Source of the DNA: an uncultured delta proteobacterium
Lineage (GTDB): Bacteria > Desulfobacterota > WTBG01 > CAIYCZ01 > CAIRTM01
NCBI GenBank assembly: GCA_903881505.1
Contig: CAIRTM010000011.1
Location: 5,612-69,611, forward strand
Direction of reading: 5' to 3'
Length of the DNA stretch: 64,000 nt
The notes beneath the pieces are model-generated. The model did not search any database. It had not been told where the DNA came from and saw nothing but the letters and a program-made list of their open reading frames with translations. Positions 47,021-57,722 of this stretch are shown here, in pieces. A program made the position numbers and the translations under genes. Numbering within the stretch: the first letter of the stretch is position 1; each line of letters begins with the position of its first letter.

Positions 47021-47557
47021 ATGCCGTATATCTACATCGTCCCGATCGCCGCGCCGGCAACGCACTGGCTTGGGCCGCTTGAACAGGCGCTGAAAGCATG
47101 TTTCACCCTGCCGGTCAGGCGCCTGAGTTGCGATATCGACCTCGATTCCGCCTACGATCAGGGCAGGCGCCAGTACAACTCCTCGCAGATACTGCTGCAG
47201 CTTATCAGAACAGCACCCCCGGATACGGCTAAAATACTGGGGGTTGCCGCGGTTGATCTGTTTATTCCGATTCTCACCTATGTGTTCGGCGAGGCCCAGC
47301 TCGGCGGGATCGGCGCGCTTGTATCAACACACCGTCTTAACAGCCGCCTGTACGGCCTGCCCGAAAACGAACAGCTGCTGCGCGAGCGGCTGATCAAGGA
47401 ATCCATTCATGAACTGGGACACACATACGGACTTCTGCACTGCGCCACTCCCGGATGCTCGTTGAATGCGTCAACCTATGTCGAGGACATCGACCAGAAA
47501 AGCGATCAGGTTTGCCCTGCGTGCCGGGCGCGCATCACCGGCCATCACTCCGTTTGA
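47021..47557 (+). CDS. Archaemetzincin-like zinc metallopeptidase (M54 family)
   Basis: HELGHTYGLLHC zinc site, plus the CPACRA / CATPGC Cys4 motif arrangement typical of archaemetzincins. Confidence 0.8.
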   Translation: MPYIYIVPIAAPATHWLGPLEQALKACFTLPVRRLSCDIDLDSAYDQGRRQYNSSQILLQLIRTAPPDTAKILGVAAVDLFIPILTYVFGEAQLGGIGALVSTHRLNSRLYGLPENEQLLRERLIKESIHELGHTYGLLHCATPGCSLNASTYVEDIDQKSDQVCPACRARITGHHSV

Positions 47558-48294
47558 CTGCCGGTCAGCGACTCCAGCATCTGGTAATATTGCTCGGGGC
47601 TGAGCATATCGGCCAGGCTGGCTACCTTTTCGCCTCCATCATGCAGTGTCGGGCCGAGTTCGGCTGAGCCGGCTCCGATCATCGAGCCGACGGTTTCAAC
47701 CACCGACTGTTCACACTGTTCATACCACAGCCGGGCCTTTTTCCCGAACAGCAGCTGCTGCAGGTCATGTTCGAGATTGTCGGGCTGCAGCGCTATCAGC
47801 CAGCCGCTTTCCCATGAGTCATCCACAATCAGCTCCGGCGACTTGACCAGCTTCGCATTGACCGCGCTCACCGTCCCGCTGACCGGCGCGATCAGCTCAA
47901 GCACGTGCTTTTCTTGAATAACATGGGCGAAGACGCGGCCCTGCTCGACCCTGTCTCCGGGTCTGGGCAAAGACACCGTGCGTACCTTGACCACAAAATT
48001 CGTCAGGATGCTGTCGATGCCGATACGAACCAGGGCCGGATTTTCGACCCGGGCCCAGCAGTGCTGGCGGTTGAAAAACAGCGCCTCATGCACCCCGGCC
48101 TCGGGCTCAAACGCACGCCCGCTGCGCTCGCAGTTCAGCGCAGGCACAGCACCGAAATCATTGCGCATGACCCGGTCGAACATGCAGGTTTCGCACTCAT
48201 AACTGCGCGTGCACAGCTTATAGGAGATAAGCCCGGTGTCCATCCACACGCATTTGTTTTCGTGTTCAGGGATCACCTGATGTGTTGCAGCCAT
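47545..48294 (-). CDS. Glycine-cleavage H-protein-like (lipoyl/biotinyl-type) domain protein with an N-terminal Cys4 extension
   Basis: ORF track (47545..48411). The likely start is MAATHQV. A Cys cluster C-x14-C-x5-C-x2-C, then a GcvH-like fold (VRIGIDSILTNFVVKV...VIQEKHVLELIAPVSGTV). Confidence 0.55.
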   Translation of the reverse strand: MAATHQVIPEHENKCVWMDTGLISYKLCTRSYECETCMFDRVMRNDFGAVPALNCERSGRAFEPEAGVHEALFFNRQHCWARVENPALVRIGIDSILTNFVVKVRTVSLPRPGDRVEQGRVFAHVIQEKHVLELIAPVSGTVSAVNAKLVKSPELIVDDSWESGWLIALQPDNLEHDLQQLLFGKKARLWYEQCEQSVVETVGSMIGAGSAELGPTLHDGGEKVASLADMLSPEQYYQMLESLTGSQTE

Positions 48295-48418
48295 CGCGCA
48301 CACTCCAGTTTTGTTTGGTTTGGGCGGCACAGGGCCGTTATTCCATAAAGGCCGGATCCCGGGCGGTTCTGCGGTTCGTCCCCTGCACTCCCCGCAGGGC
48401 CGCCCGATCAACCGGTGT

Positions 48419-49744
48419 TTACTTTTTATCTTTTTCTACCTTCTCGCCGCCGTCAGCCATGGTCGCACCCAGCACGGGCTGGTACATAACACCCGGCAAC
48501 GGCACGACAGCGGATCTGGGCTTGAGCGTCATGGTGAACATGGCGCCGATGACCAGCAGCGTGCCGGCAACCATAAAGGAAGTTGAAGAGCTGCCGGTCG
48601 TTGCCTTTATCATCTGATAAAGACGGCTCATCACGAAACCGCCGACACCCCAGGCGGTAAACAGCAGGCCGTAGTTAATACCAAAATTTTTCAGACCCCA
48701 CATGTCCTTGCTGAACGAGGGGAACAGCGAAAGGTTGGTGCCGTAATTGAATCCGATGAAGGTTGCCAGAAGCACCAGCAGCAGGGCGCTTGAATTCTGC
48801 GAGCCGACAATCGGGATGCAGGCCCCCATCAGAAGGGCCTGGAGAACCAGCATGATCAGCAGCGTATTGCTGCGGCCGATTTTGTCCGAGAGGATGCCGG
48901 CCACGATACGCCCGCCGGCATTGCCGATGGCCATAATGGCAACCGCGACAAACGCAGCTTCCCCCATGCTCTTTTTAGCTATTTCAGCCACACTGCCGAT
49001 TACCATCAAGCCGGCACCAGCGCCGATGAAATAAATGAACCAGAGTTTCCAAAAACTGCCCGAACGCAGCATCTGCATCGGCGCAACATTGTTTTCAGCA
49101 GCAACGGCCTTGGCCTTCGCAGCGGATGCGCCTGCCGGCACATAGCCCTTCGGAGGGTTATTGAGAAGCATCGACAGCAGACATACGACAATCAGAAAGG
49201 CAATGCCGAAAACCATCATGGCTTTCTGCAGGCCGAACGCGCCCAGCAGATAGGTGGCAAGCGGGGCGATATAGACGGAAGCAAGGCCGAAACCAGCTAC
49301 AACCAGCCCTGCGATCAGGCCCGTCTTCGCAGCCGGAAACCATTTCAGCGCAGGAGGCGTAGCTGCTGAATAGCCGAAACCGATGCCCGCCCCGGCCAGC
49401 ACGCCGAATCCCAAAATCCAGGACACATAGCTCGTTGTCTGCGAAATCCAGATAAAGCCGAGCCCTACCAGTATGCCACCCATCATGGCCGTTACTTTCG
49501 GACCAAACTTGTCCTGGCATTTGCCTGCCAGAATCATTGAAAACGCAAACACCAGGCAGCAAATCGCATAAGGATCATTCAGCTTTGCCAGTTCCCAGGC
49601 AAACGCGCCTTCACCGCCGGTTTTAATAGACTCGGCGATTGCACCCTTGAAAATACTCCAGGCGTAGAGTATTCCCAATGCGAGGTTGATGCCGAGTCCG
49701 GCCATGGTCACCGACCAGCCTTTGTTTTTTACTGCTTCTGACAT
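48419..49744 (-). CDS. MFS transporter, oxalate:formate antiporter (OFA) family
   Basis: 12-TM profile, with OFA-like conserved segments (GFGYSAATPPALKWFP, LLGACIPIVG). Confidence 0.85.
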   Translation of the reverse strand: MSEAVKNKGWSVTMAGLGINLALGILYAWSIFKGAIAESIKTGGEGAFAWELAKLNDPYAICCLVFAFSMILAGKCQDKFGPKVTAMMGGILVGLGFIWISQTTSYVSWILGFGVLAGAGIGFGYSAATPPALKWFPAAKTGLIAGLVVAGFGLASVYIAPLATYLLGAFGLQKAMMVFGIAFLIVVCLLSMLLNNPPKGYVPAGASAAKAKAVAAENNVAPMQMLRSGSFWKLWFIYFIGAGAGLMVIGSVAEIAKKSMGEAAFVAVAIMAIGNAGGRIVAGILSDKIGRSNTLLIMLVLQALLMGACIPIVGSQNSSALLLVLLATFIGFNYGTNLSLFPSFSKDMWGLKNFGINYGLLFTAWGVGGFVMSRLYQMIKATTGSSSTSFMVAGTLLVIGAMFTMTLKPRSAVVPLPGVMYQPVLGATMADGGEKVEKDKK

Positions 49745-50183
49745 GTGAGCCTCCTTTTAATAAAATTATTTTTCAAGACCTTTAAAACATCATGTATGCA
49801 TAATCGTGTTCACGAAAGAAACACTTTCAATAATCGTGCCAATTTGACACACATGAAAAGCGACAAGAAGTCATAAGTATAAAGGTATAAATACATATTT
49901 AATTATTCTAATTTTATTAATAAAATAGAATAATCGGATTCGCAAATAAAGATCAAGGGTGTTTACTTTGATAACAACAACAAGATTGTTTGCGGAAAAA
50001 ATATAAAAATGTAGTAAAATTAGTATGTTAGCTATTTTTTGCTATGTTAATATAGTAAACATTTATATGTTTTCTTTTTTAACATGCTGCGCAAGAAAAG
50101 CATATGCGTCCGCTGGCTGATTCTTTTTTCTCTAAAAAAATAAGAAAAACGGCAGTATCTGAGCACAGAGTTCCCGGTACCGA
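49745..50183. promoter_or_regulatory. ~440-bp strongly AT-rich intergenic region upstream of the OFA transporter, containing the perfect palindrome TCGTGTTCACGA
   Basis: A sharp GC drop. The palindrome is at 49804..49815, with a related TAATCGTGCC half-site at 49831. Confidence 0.4.
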
Positions 50184-50939
50184 CTAAGCCGGCAATGATT
50201 TGAGCTGCTGCACGACACGCTCAAGCACATCTCCGGCAGGGCCCTTGACGATGTAGGCGGAAATGCGCCCGGTGAGGGGCGTTTCGGAAGGATTGATTTC
50301 AACGACCCGTGCTCCGGCATCGTGGGCTATATCGGGCATGGAGGCCGCCGGATACACCATGGCGGATGTGCCGATCACCAGCATCAGATCGCAGGTCGAC
50401 GCCTCCCGGTGGGAGCGCATGAGCGCATCAGACGGGATAGCCTCGCCGAAAAACACGGCATCCGGCTTGACCGGACCGCTGCATTTTGAGCAACGCGGGG
50501 GCAGCTTATCAAGATCTATATCGGCGCTGGGCACCCGATGGCCGCAATCCATGCAGGAAACCGACTGCAGATGGCCATGGAACTCAATCACGTCCCGATT
50601 GCCGGCAACGTGGTGCAGGCCGTCAACGTTCTGGGTAATGATCGCACGCAGCTTTCCCATGCGTTCAAGCTCTGCCAGCGCGTAGTGACCCTTGTTGGGC
50701 TTGGCCTTCAGGATTTCGCGCTGCATGTCGCTGAGCATGATCCAGGCCTTGGCGGGCTCGTAACGCAGCGTGTTTATGTGACCGTACTCTTCGGGATCAT
50801 ATTTTTCCCACAGCCCGCCAGGGCCGCGGAAGGAGGCGATACCGCTTTCAACCGACATTCCCGCCCCGCTCAGCGCGACTATGCGTGAGGCTTTCCGTAT
50901 ATCGCGGGCAAGCCGTGCAATCTCGCTTTCGTTCACCAT
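50184..50939 (-). CDS. cobB: NAD-dependent protein deacylase (Sir2 family, CobB type)
   Basis: GAGMSVESGIASFRG, Zn-ribbon Cys (CMDCGH...CSKCSG), VIGTS and VEIN motifs. 251 aa. Confidence 0.9.
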   Translation of the reverse strand: MVNESEIARLARDIRKASRIVALSGAGMSVESGIASFRGPGGLWEKYDPEEYGHINTLRYEPAKAWIMLSDMQREILKAKPNKGHYALAELERMGKLRAIITQNVDGLHHVAGNRDVIEFHGHLQSVSCMDCGHRVPSADIDLDKLPPRCSKCSGPVKPDAVFFGEAIPSDALMRSHREASTCDLMLVIGTSAMVYPAASMPDIAHDAGARVVEINPSETPLTGRISAYIVKGPAGDVLERVVQQLKSLPA

Positions 50940-51015
50940 GCCATAACCTCCTGCAATCGATTATATGTCCGCATCTTAACTGCAACATTGCCGCGTACCG
51001 TCGGCAGCAAGTGCC

Positions 51016-51450
51016 TTACAAGGGCTGGTCTTCATCATAGAGGCCATAACGGTGCGAAGCAGAATATCTTTCAACCTCACGGCCGTCCCGATACATATAG
51101 TAATTGTTGATGTAATACTGTATATCGCCATACATGGCGACCCATCTTTTTAATGTTCCTCCGCGCCTGCACAGCACATAGTCGTCGATTATGACCTGAA
51201 TTTCCTTCATCAGCAGCAGGCGTATTTCAGCGTCTATCCGCACGTATTCATCGCTGCCCGGGGCAAGGCTCTTGCTTTTTTTGAGCAGCCGTTCAATATC
51301 GCCCATTATCTTGTCAAAGATATCGCTGCGCCCGCCGGGATCAAGCTTCAGGCAGCCGCGCGAACGCGATGTTTCATGCAGCTTTTTATAGAGTTGCTCA
51401 ACCTGGCGCAAGCTCATGGGGTAACCCTGATGAACACGTGTGTTTTGCAT
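51016..51450 (-). CDS. Hypothetical protein (144 aa)
   Basis: A clean ORF with normal codon usage. No homology was recognised. Confidence 0.5.
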   Translation of the reverse strand: MQNTRVHQGYPMSLRQVEQLYKKLHETSRSRGCLKLDPGGRSDIFDKIMGDIERLLKKSKSLAPGSDEYVRIDAEIRLLLMKEIQVIIDDYVLCRRGGTLKRWVAMYGDIQYYINNYYMYRDGREVERYSASHRYGLYDEDQPL

Positions 51451-51505
51451 GGGCGGGTGTATATGTGTGCATATACCAGACTCAGAACAATTTCAAGCAT
51501 AAAAA

Positions 51506-51536
51506 AAGGCCTCAGCGCCTGGCTGAGACCCGGATA
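51506..51536 (-). terminator. Rho-independent terminator ending the ribosomal alpha operon (after rplQ)
   Basis: Minus strand: GGGTCTCAGCCAGGCGCTGAGGCC followed by T7. Confidence 0.55.
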
Positions 51537-51557
51537 CTGCACTGGTATGTGCCGGTC

Positions 51558-51962
51558 TTACTCGGCTTTTTTAGCCGGTTTCTTTTTTGCGGATGTTTGG
51601 CCTGCCTTAGGAACGCTCCATTCCAGAATCGCCATCGGCGCATTATCGCCAGGCCTGGGGCCGATTTTTACAATACGGGTATAGCCGCCCTGCTTTTCCT
51701 TAAACCGGGGCGCAAGCTCATCAAAAAGCTTCTTGGCTGCCGTCTTGGTCCGCAGGGTTTTCAGGCTGACACGCAGGGAATGCAGGTCGCCGCGCTTGCC
51801 CAGCGTTACCATCCGGTCAGCCAGCCGGCGTATTTCCTTGGCACGTATATCGGTGGTTTCGATACGTTCGTGCTCGATGAGCGAGGTCACCATGTTGCGC
51901 ATCATGGCGTTGCGATGGCTTGCGTTCATTCCCAGTCTTCGGTACGCTTTCAAATGTCTCAT
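51558..51962 (-). CDS. rplQ: 50S ribosomal protein L17
   Basis: MRHLKAYRRLGMNASHR... Position after rpoA. Confidence 0.95.
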   Translation of the reverse strand: MRHLKAYRRLGMNASHRNAMMRNMVTSLIEHERIETTDIRAKEIRRLADRMVTLGKRGDLHSLRVSLKTLRTKTAAKKLFDELAPRFKEKQGGYTRIVKIGPRPGDNAPMAILEWSVPKAGQTSAKKKPAKKAE

Positions 51963-51976
51963 GATACCATTCCCAC

Positions 51977-53002
51977 CTATTCTTCACTGTCGTGTGATGC
52001 CTGAGCGTCGGCCTGGCGTTCGGCAGCGCTGCGCGCCGAGAAGCCGTCCAGCTTCATGCCAAGCGACAGACCCATTTCAGTTAAAATTTCCTTGATTTCA
52101 TTGAGCGACTTGCGGCCGAAATTTTTGGTCTTCAGCATCTCGGGCTCAGAGCGCTGCACAAGCTCATAAATATATTTTATGTCGGCATTGCGCAGGCAGT
52201 TTGAAGAGCGCACGGAGAGTTCCAGCTCATCGATGCTGCGGTAGAGATTTTCATTAAAGCTCTGTTGCTGCGGTTCCTCATCGATGAGGTCTTCGAGTTC
52301 TTCCTCAAAATTAACAAACAGCCTGAACTGATTCTGAAGCAGCTTGGCGGCATAGGCCACAGCGTCTTCAGGGGCGATTGTTCCATCGGTCTCAACCTCG
52401 AGCGTCAGACGTTCGTAATCGGTGATTTTGCCGATGCGCGAATGGGTTATCGTGTAGTTCGCGCGCCGCACCGGGCTGAAAATCGCATCAATGGGAATGG
52501 TGCCGATCGGTGCCTCTTCGTCCCTGCCGCGTTCGGAAGGACGGTAGCCGACGCCGGTTTCAACCGTCAACTCCATGTTGAACTTGGCATCGGCGCTCAG
52601 CGTGGCGATATGCTGGTCGGGATTGACAACCTCAACATTGCTGTTCACTGCGATGTCGGAGGCCTTGACCTCACCCGCGCCCTTATGCGAAAGCGTCAGC
52701 GTCTCCGGTCCGTCGGAGGAGAGCTTCAGCACCACGTTTTTGAGGTTCATAATGATTTCGGTCACATCTTCACGCACCCCGGGAATCGTGGAAAATTCAT
52801 GGAGAATGCCCTCAATGCGCACGGCCGTAATGGCGGTACCTTGAACGGAGGACAGCAAAACCCGGCGCAGCGAGTTACCGATGGTCGTGCCGAAACCGCG
52901 CTCAAACGGCTCTGCGGTGAATTTCCCGTATGATGCGGTCAGGGTCTCTTCGTCCACTTCAAGGCGCTTGGGCCTTATGATTGATCTCCATTTACGAAGC
53001 AT
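51977..53002 (-). CDS. rpoA: DNA-directed RNA polymerase alpha subunit
   Basis: 341 aa, N-terminal dimerisation domain and C-terminal domain. Position between rpsD and rplQ. Confidence 0.95.
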   Translation of the reverse strand: MLRKWRSIIRPKRLEVDEETLTASYGKFTAEPFERGFGTTIGNSLRRVLLSSVQGTAITAVRIEGILHEFSTIPGVREDVTEIIMNLKNVVLKLSSDGPETLTLSHKGAGEVKASDIAVNSNVEVVNPDQHIATLSADAKFNMELTVETGVGYRPSERGRDEEAPIGTIPIDAIFSPVRRANYTITHSRIGKITDYERLTLEVETDGTIAPEDAVAYAAKLLQNQFRLFVNFEEELEDLIDEEPQQQSFNENLYRSIDELELSVRSSNCLRNADIKYIYELVQRSEPEMLKTKNFGRKSLNEIKEILTEMGLSLGMKLDGFSARSAAERQADAQASHDSEE

Positions 53003-53063
53003 AGTTCCTCACCTTCAACGTGTTTGTGTTCGTATATACTGCCTGCTCCAGTTGCCCGCCCGG

Positions 53064-53690
53064 TTACTTGCTGTAGAGTTCGACGATGAGCTGCTCCCGG
53101 ATCGGAGCGATTATTTCCTCGCGTTCCGGCACGGCAAGCACCTTGCCGGTGAACTGCTCGCTGTTAAGCTCAAGCCAGCGCGGGATGCCGCGCTGTTTTG
53201 CCGTCTCGATGGCATCCTTGATGCGCTGGACAGTCCGGCTGCGTTCGCGCACGCTGATTACGTCCTCAGGCCTCAGCAGGTACGAAGGAATATCGACCTT
53301 TTTACCGTTAATCCGGAAATGACCATGCTTGATCATCTGGCGCGCCTCATTGCGAGAGCTGCAAAATCCCAGCCTGAAGATCATGTTATCGAAACGGCTC
53401 TCAAGGGTCGCGATCAGGTTTTCGCCGGTCACACCTTTTTTTTGGCTTGCCTTGTGGTAATACGTGCGAAACTGCTTTTCCAGAACGCCATACATGCGCT
53501 TGACCTTCTGCTTTTCGCGCAACTGCTCGCCGTAGGGTGAAAACTTCGCCCTGCCCTGCCCGTGCTGTCCGGGCGCAAACTGCCGGCGGTCAAAAGCGCA
53601 GGAATCAGTGAAGCAGCGCTCACCCTTCAAAAAAAGCTTCATATTTTCCCGGCGACATTGCCGGCACCGTGGTCCTGTATATCGTGCCAA
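53064..53690 (-). CDS. rpsD: 30S ribosomal protein S4
   Basis: [15 protein letters not shown]... Zn-ribbon N-terminus, 208 aa. Confidence 0.95.
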   Translation of the reverse strand: MARYTGPRCRQCRRENMKLFLKGERCFTDSCAFDRRQFAPGQHGQGRAKFSPYGEQLREKQKVKRMYGVLEKQFRTYYHKASQKKGVTGENLIATLESRFDNMIFRLGFCSSRNEARQMIKHGHFRINGKKVDIPSYLLRPEDVISVRERSRTVQRIKDAIETAKQRGIPRWLELNSEQFTGKVLAVPEREEIIAPIREQLIVELYSK

Positions 53691-53743
53691 AAGGATTCTC
53701 CTTTCTCTCTAAGAGAACATGTGCGGTGTAATAAGACTGTCCG

Positions 53744-54136
53744 TTACACTCTTCTGCGCTTGGGCTGACGGCAGCCGTTGTGGGGAATCGGGGTACGGTC
53801 CCGTATGTGAGTAATCGCAAATCCCGCAGCCTGCAGTGAGCGGATGGCGGCCTCACGTCCGGATCCCGGACCGCGCACCAGCACTTCAATGCTTTTCACG
53901 CCGTGTTCCTGGGCCTTTTTGGCAACGTCTTCTGCGGCCTGACTGGCCGCAAACGGCGTGCTTTTGCGCGACCCCTTGAAGCCGACCGATCCGGCGCTCG
54001 ACCAGGCGATCACATTGCCGATGACATCTGTAATGGTGATAATAGTGTTGTTAAACGTCGCCTGCACATGCGCGATGCCGTTCGGAACGTTCTTTTTTTC
54101 GCGTTTTTTCTTTATGATTTTCTTTTTGCCAGCCAT
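53744..54136 (-). CDS. rpsK: 30S ribosomal protein S11
   Basis: 130 aa, ...[11 protein letters not shown]... Confidence 0.95.
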   Translation of the reverse strand: MAGKKKIIKKKREKKNVPNGIAHVQATFNNTIITITDVIGNVIAWSSAGSVGFKGSRKSTPFAASQAAEDVAKKAQEHGVKSIEVLVRGPGSGREAAIRSLQAAGFAITHIRDRTPIPHNGCRQPKRRRV

Positions 54137-54155
54137 GGGTCGTCCTCACAACCTC

Positions 54156-54536
54156 CTATTTCTTCGGTGCAATTTTTTTGCCGGCTATCGCCCGGCGCGG
54201 TCCCTTGCGTGTGCGGCCGTTGGTATGGGTGCGTTGCCCGCGTACCGGCAGTCCCTTACGGTGCCGCAGACCGCGATATGCACCGATCTCCATTAAGCGC
54301 TTGATGTTCAGCGAGGTATCCTTGCGCAAGTCGCCTTCAACCTTGAAATCCTTGAAGATGACATTCTGGATCGAGGCTACTTCCTGCTCGCTGAGCGTAT
54401 CGGCCCGCCGCACTGCTTCGATGTCGGTCTTCAGCAGAATCTTTTCAGCGGTCGTGCGCCCGACGCCGAAAATATAGGTCAGCGCGATACCGATCGGTTT
54501 GTTTCTGGGTATGTCCACACCGGCGATTCTAGGCAC
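54156..54536 (-). CDS. rpsM: 30S ribosomal protein S13
   Basis: [13 protein letters not shown]..., 126 aa. Confidence 0.95.
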   Translation of the reverse strand: MPRIAGVDIPRNKPIGIALTYIFGVGRTTAEKILLKTDIEAVRRADTLSEQEVASIQNVIFKDFKVEGDLRKDTSLNIKRLMEIGAYRGLRHRKGLPVRGQRTHTNGRTRKGPRRAIAGKKIAPKK

Positions 54537-54570
54537 TTCCTGCTCTCCTTTGAGATATGGCTGTTAACTG

Positions 54571-54684
54571 CTAACCTTGTCTCTGTTTGTGTTTTGGATT
54601 TTCACAAATAACCCGCACGACACCCTTGCGCTTGATTATCTTGCACTTCTCGCACATTTTTTTAACCGATGTTCTGACTTTCAT
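54571..54684 (-). CDS. rpmJ: 50S ribosomal protein L36 (missed by the ORF track because it is <60 aa)
   Basis: Manual translation [37 protein letters not shown] between rpsM and infA. Coordinates are accurate to about 2 nt. Confidence 0.8.
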   Translation of the reverse strand: MKVRTSVKKMCEKCKIIKRKGVVRVICENPKHKQRQG

Positions 54685-54719
54685 TGCATGTCCCTGCGTG
54701 CTGTTTAAAGTATTCCGGT

Positions 54720-54938
54720 TTACTTCGAGCGATACACGATTCGTCCGCGGTTAAGATCATAGGGTGAAAACTGCACTGTGACACGGTCGCCCGGAAGTAT
54801 TTTTATATAATGCATCCTCATCTTGCCGGATATATGCGCCAGCACTTTATGACCGTTTTCAAGCAGCACACGAAACATCGCGTTCGGCAGGGTCTCCAGC
54901 ACTTCACCTTCCATCTCGATCATGTCGTCGCGTGGCAT
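54720..54938 (-). CDS. infA: Translation initiation factor IF-1
   Basis: 72 aa, S1-like fold, ...[16 protein letters not shown]... Confidence 0.95.
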   Translation of the reverse strand: MPRDDMIEMEGEVLETLPNAMFRVLLENGHKVLAHISGKMRMHYIKILPGDRVTVQFSPYDLNRGRIVYRSK

Positions 54939-54986
54939 ATTCCCGAAAACCTCATAGGCTGAACTGCGCCACCGGCATCCCGGCGG

Positions 54987-56321
54987 CTACCTTCTGCCGC
55001 GTCCGCCGATTTTTTTACCCTTGTCCAGAAAACCGTCATAGTGGCGGGCAAGCATATGCGATTCAATCTGCCCAACCAGGTCAAGCGCGACACCGACCAC
55101 GATCAGCAGCGCCGTACCGCCGAAATAAAACGGTATATTAAACTGATAAATCAGCACCGTCGGCAACACGCACACGGCCGAGATATACAGGGCGCCGACG
55201 AAGGTAATACGCGACAGGACCCAGTCTATATATTCGGCGGTTTTCTTGCCGGGGCGTATCCCCGGTATATAGCCACCCTGTTTCTTCATGTTATCTGCCA
55301 CATCAATCGGGTTAAACGTCACCGCAGTGTAAAAGTAGCAGAAGAAAATAATCAGCGCCACATACATAATGTTATACAAAAAATGGCCAGGCCCTAATGA
55401 TTGTAAAATGCGATCAATGAACGGATAGGCGTCTTTCATCTCCTGCGGCATAAACTGCACGATGGTCAGGGGAAACATCAGGATTGAAGACGCAAAAATC
55501 GCCGGAATGACTCCGGCCGTATTGACTTTCAGCGGCAGATGCGTGCTCTGGCCGCCGTACATCTTTCGCCCGATGACCCGCTTGGGATACTGCACCGGTA
55601 TGCGCCGCTGGCAGCGCTCCATAAAAATAACACATGCAACGACCATGACCATCAACGCAAGAATAAACAATATGGCGATCGGGCCCATCTCGCCGGTCTG
55701 CATGAGCCGGATCGTGTTAAACGCTGCGGAAGGCAGACGGTCAACGATTCCGGCGAAAATAATCAGCGAAATGCCGTTGCCGATCCCGCGCTCCGTTATT
55801 TGCTCGCCGAGCCACATTAAAAACGCGGTCCCGGCTGTAAGCGTTATGACGGTCATCAGGCGGAACCCCCAGCCGGGAGAAAGCACGATCTGGCTGCCGG
55901 CGGGACCGGTCATTTTCTCAAGGCCAACGGCTATGCCGAACCCCTGAATAATGCTCAGCACAACGGTGCCGTAGCGAGTATACTGGGTTATTTTCTTGCG
56001 GCCGGCCTCGCCTTCCTTTTTAAGCTTCTCAAGATATGGCACCACAACCGTCAGCAGCTGGAGAATGATGGATGCGCTGATATAGGGCATGATGCCGAGG
56101 GCAAAAACCGACATGTTTTGAAGTGCACCGCCTGAAAACATATCCATCATTCCGAGCATGCCCTGGTTATGCTGCTCGAAAAATGCCGCAAGCGCCCGTC
56201 CGTCAATACCGGGCGTAGGAACATGCACGCCGATCCTGTACACCGCAAGCAGCAGGAAACTGACGACGATGCGTTTGCGCAGCTCGGGTATTTTCGGAAT
56301 ATTCTGGAAGCCGCCTGCCAC
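54987..56321 (-). CDS. secY: Preprotein translocase subunit SecY
   Basis: 444 aa, 10 TM helices. Position after rplO. Confidence 0.95.
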   Translation of the reverse strand: MAGGFQNIPKIPELRKRIVVSFLLLAVYRIGVHVPTPGIDGRALAAFFEQHNQGMLGMMDMFSGGALQNMSVFALGIMPYISASIILQLLTVVVPYLEKLKKEGEAGRKKITQYTRYGTVVLSIIQGFGIAVGLEKMTGPAGSQIVLSPGWGFRLMTVITLTAGTAFLMWLGEQITERGIGNGISLIIFAGIVDRLPSAAFNTIRLMQTGEMGPIAILFILALMVMVVACVIFMERCQRRIPVQYPKRVIGRKMYGGQSTHLPLKVNTAGVIPAIFASSILMFPLTIVQFMPQEMKDAYPFIDRILQSLGPGHFLYNIMYVALIIFFCYFYTAVTFNPIDVADNMKKQGGYIPGIRPGKKTAEYIDWVLSRITFVGALYISAVCVLPTVLIYQFNIPFYFGGTALLIVVGVALDLVGQIESHMLARHYDGFLDKGKKIGGRGRR

Positions 56322-56783
56322 TTACATCACCTCAACCGTGCCGCCGGCCGCAACGATCTTGGCCGCGGCAGCCTGGCTGCACTTGTGTACTTTCACCGTC
56401 AGGGGCCGGTCGATATCACCGTTGGCCAGCAGTTTGACACCATCCAGGACTTTTGAAACGAGCCCGTTTTTCAGCAGGGCTTCCGGGTCGATCACGGAGC
56501 CCTTTTCAAACACCGCCAGGTCGCTGACCTGCACGAGCGCGTACTGCTTTTTGAAAATATTGGTGAAACCCCGCTTGGGCAGGCGCCGCGCCAGGGGCAT
56601 CTGCCCGCCCTCAAAACCGGGGCGAACCTTTCCGCCGGTGCGGGCTTTCTGACCCTTGTGGCCGCGGCAGCTGGTTTTGCCGTGCCCTGAGCCTGGACCG
56701 CGGCCGACACGTTTACGGTTTTTGACAGAACCCTTCGGGGGGCTTAAATTACTCAAATCCATGTGAGCATCCTCTTTCAACAT
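56322..56783 (-). CDS. rplO: 50S ribosomal protein L15
   Basis: 153 aa, Gly/Arg-rich N-terminus. Confidence 0.95.
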   Translation of the reverse strand: MLKEDAHMDLSNLSPPKGSVKNRKRVGRGPGSGHGKTSCRGHKGQKARTGGKVRPGFEGGQMPLARRLPKRGFTNIFKKQYALVQVSDLAVFEKGSVIDPEALLKNGLVSKVLDGVKLLANGDIDRPLTVKVHKCSQAAAAKIVAAGGTVEVM

Positions 56784-56816
56784 TCAATCCGGATATATAC
56801 GACGACATGCGGCGCG

Positions 56817-57293
56817 TTACGACGCGCGCTTGCGCTGGACCTCTTCGGCGCTGCGCAACTGCTCAAGCCCTTCGATAGTGGCCTTTAAAACGTTATGCGG
56901 ATTGTTGGTTCGCAGACACTTTGTCAGAATGTTCTTTATGCCGGAAACCTCCATGATTGCGCGCACTGCTCCGCCGGCGATAATGCCGGTACCCTGTGAA
57001 GCCGGCTTTAAAAACACACGGCCTGCGCCGTGACAGCCGATAACCTCGTGGGGTATGGTACCGTCGACGATCGGGAAGCTGACCATGGACCTTCGGGCAT
57101 GCTCAACCGCCTTGCGAATGGCCTCGGGAACCTCGCGGGCCTTGCCCAGTCCGCAACCGACACTGCCCTGCCCGTCGCCGACGACCACCAGCGCGCTGAA
57201 GCTGAAGCGCCGGCCGCCCTTCACAACCTTTGCCACCCGGTTTATATGTACGACACGATCGATCAAATTTGATTCTTGCTGACCTTCAAACAC
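56817..57293 (-). CDS. rpsE: 30S ribosomal protein S5 (no L30 gene follows it)
   Basis: 158 aa, ...[14 protein letters not shown]... Confidence 0.95.
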   Translation of the reverse strand: MFEGQQESNLIDRVVHINRVAKVVKGGRRFSFSALVVVGDGQGSVGCGLGKAREVPEAIRKAVEHARRSMVSFPIVDGTIPHEVIGCHGAGRVFLKPASQGTGIIAGGAVRAIMEVSGIKNILTKCLRTNNPHNVLKATIEGLEQLRSAEEVQRKRAS

Positions 57294-57307
57294 GAAGCGG
57301 AACCTCC

Positions 57308-57697
57308 CTAAAATTGTAATCCCTTAGCGCGGGCGCCGTCGGCAATCGCCTTGACTCTGCCGTGATACAGGAAACCGTTACGGTCAAAAACCACCTTGCT
57401 GATGTTGAGCTTAAGCGCCTGCTCTGCCAGCGTTTCTCCCAGTTTGCGCGCGGCTTCAACGTTGCCTGATTTTGCAAGCCCGGACCTGAGATCGCCGGAT
57501 ATCGTCGACAGTCCCAGCAGTGTACGGCCGGACTGGTCATCGATCAACTGCACGTAGCAATGGTTCAGGCTCCGGTACACACTCATGCGGGGAACCGCCG
57601 CGGTTCCGGAAATTTTCCTTCTGATCCGTTTCTTGCGCTGCACTTTCTGCCGATTTTTTCTCTGCTGTTGTTCCACGGTAATTTCCTGCCCTGTCAT
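57308..57697 (-). CDS. rplR: 50S ribosomal protein L18
   Basis: 129 aa. Confidence 0.95.
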   Translation of the reverse strand: MTGQEITVEQQQRKNRQKVQRKKRIRRKISGTAAVPRMSVYRSLNHCYVQLIDDQSGRTLLGLSTISGDLRSGLAKSGNVEAARKLGETLAEQALKLNISKVVFDRNGFLYHGRVKAIADGARAKGLQF

Positions 57698-57722
57698 CTA
57701 TAAGGCGTATATCCCGCCCTGT

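Noticed and set aside
50184-50939. A Sir2-domain protein acting as an anti-phage defence effector (Thoeris or DSR type)
   Set aside because: It is a compact 251-aa CobB-type deacylase with a Zn ribbon and no N-terminal sensor or partner gene. This points to a housekeeping role.
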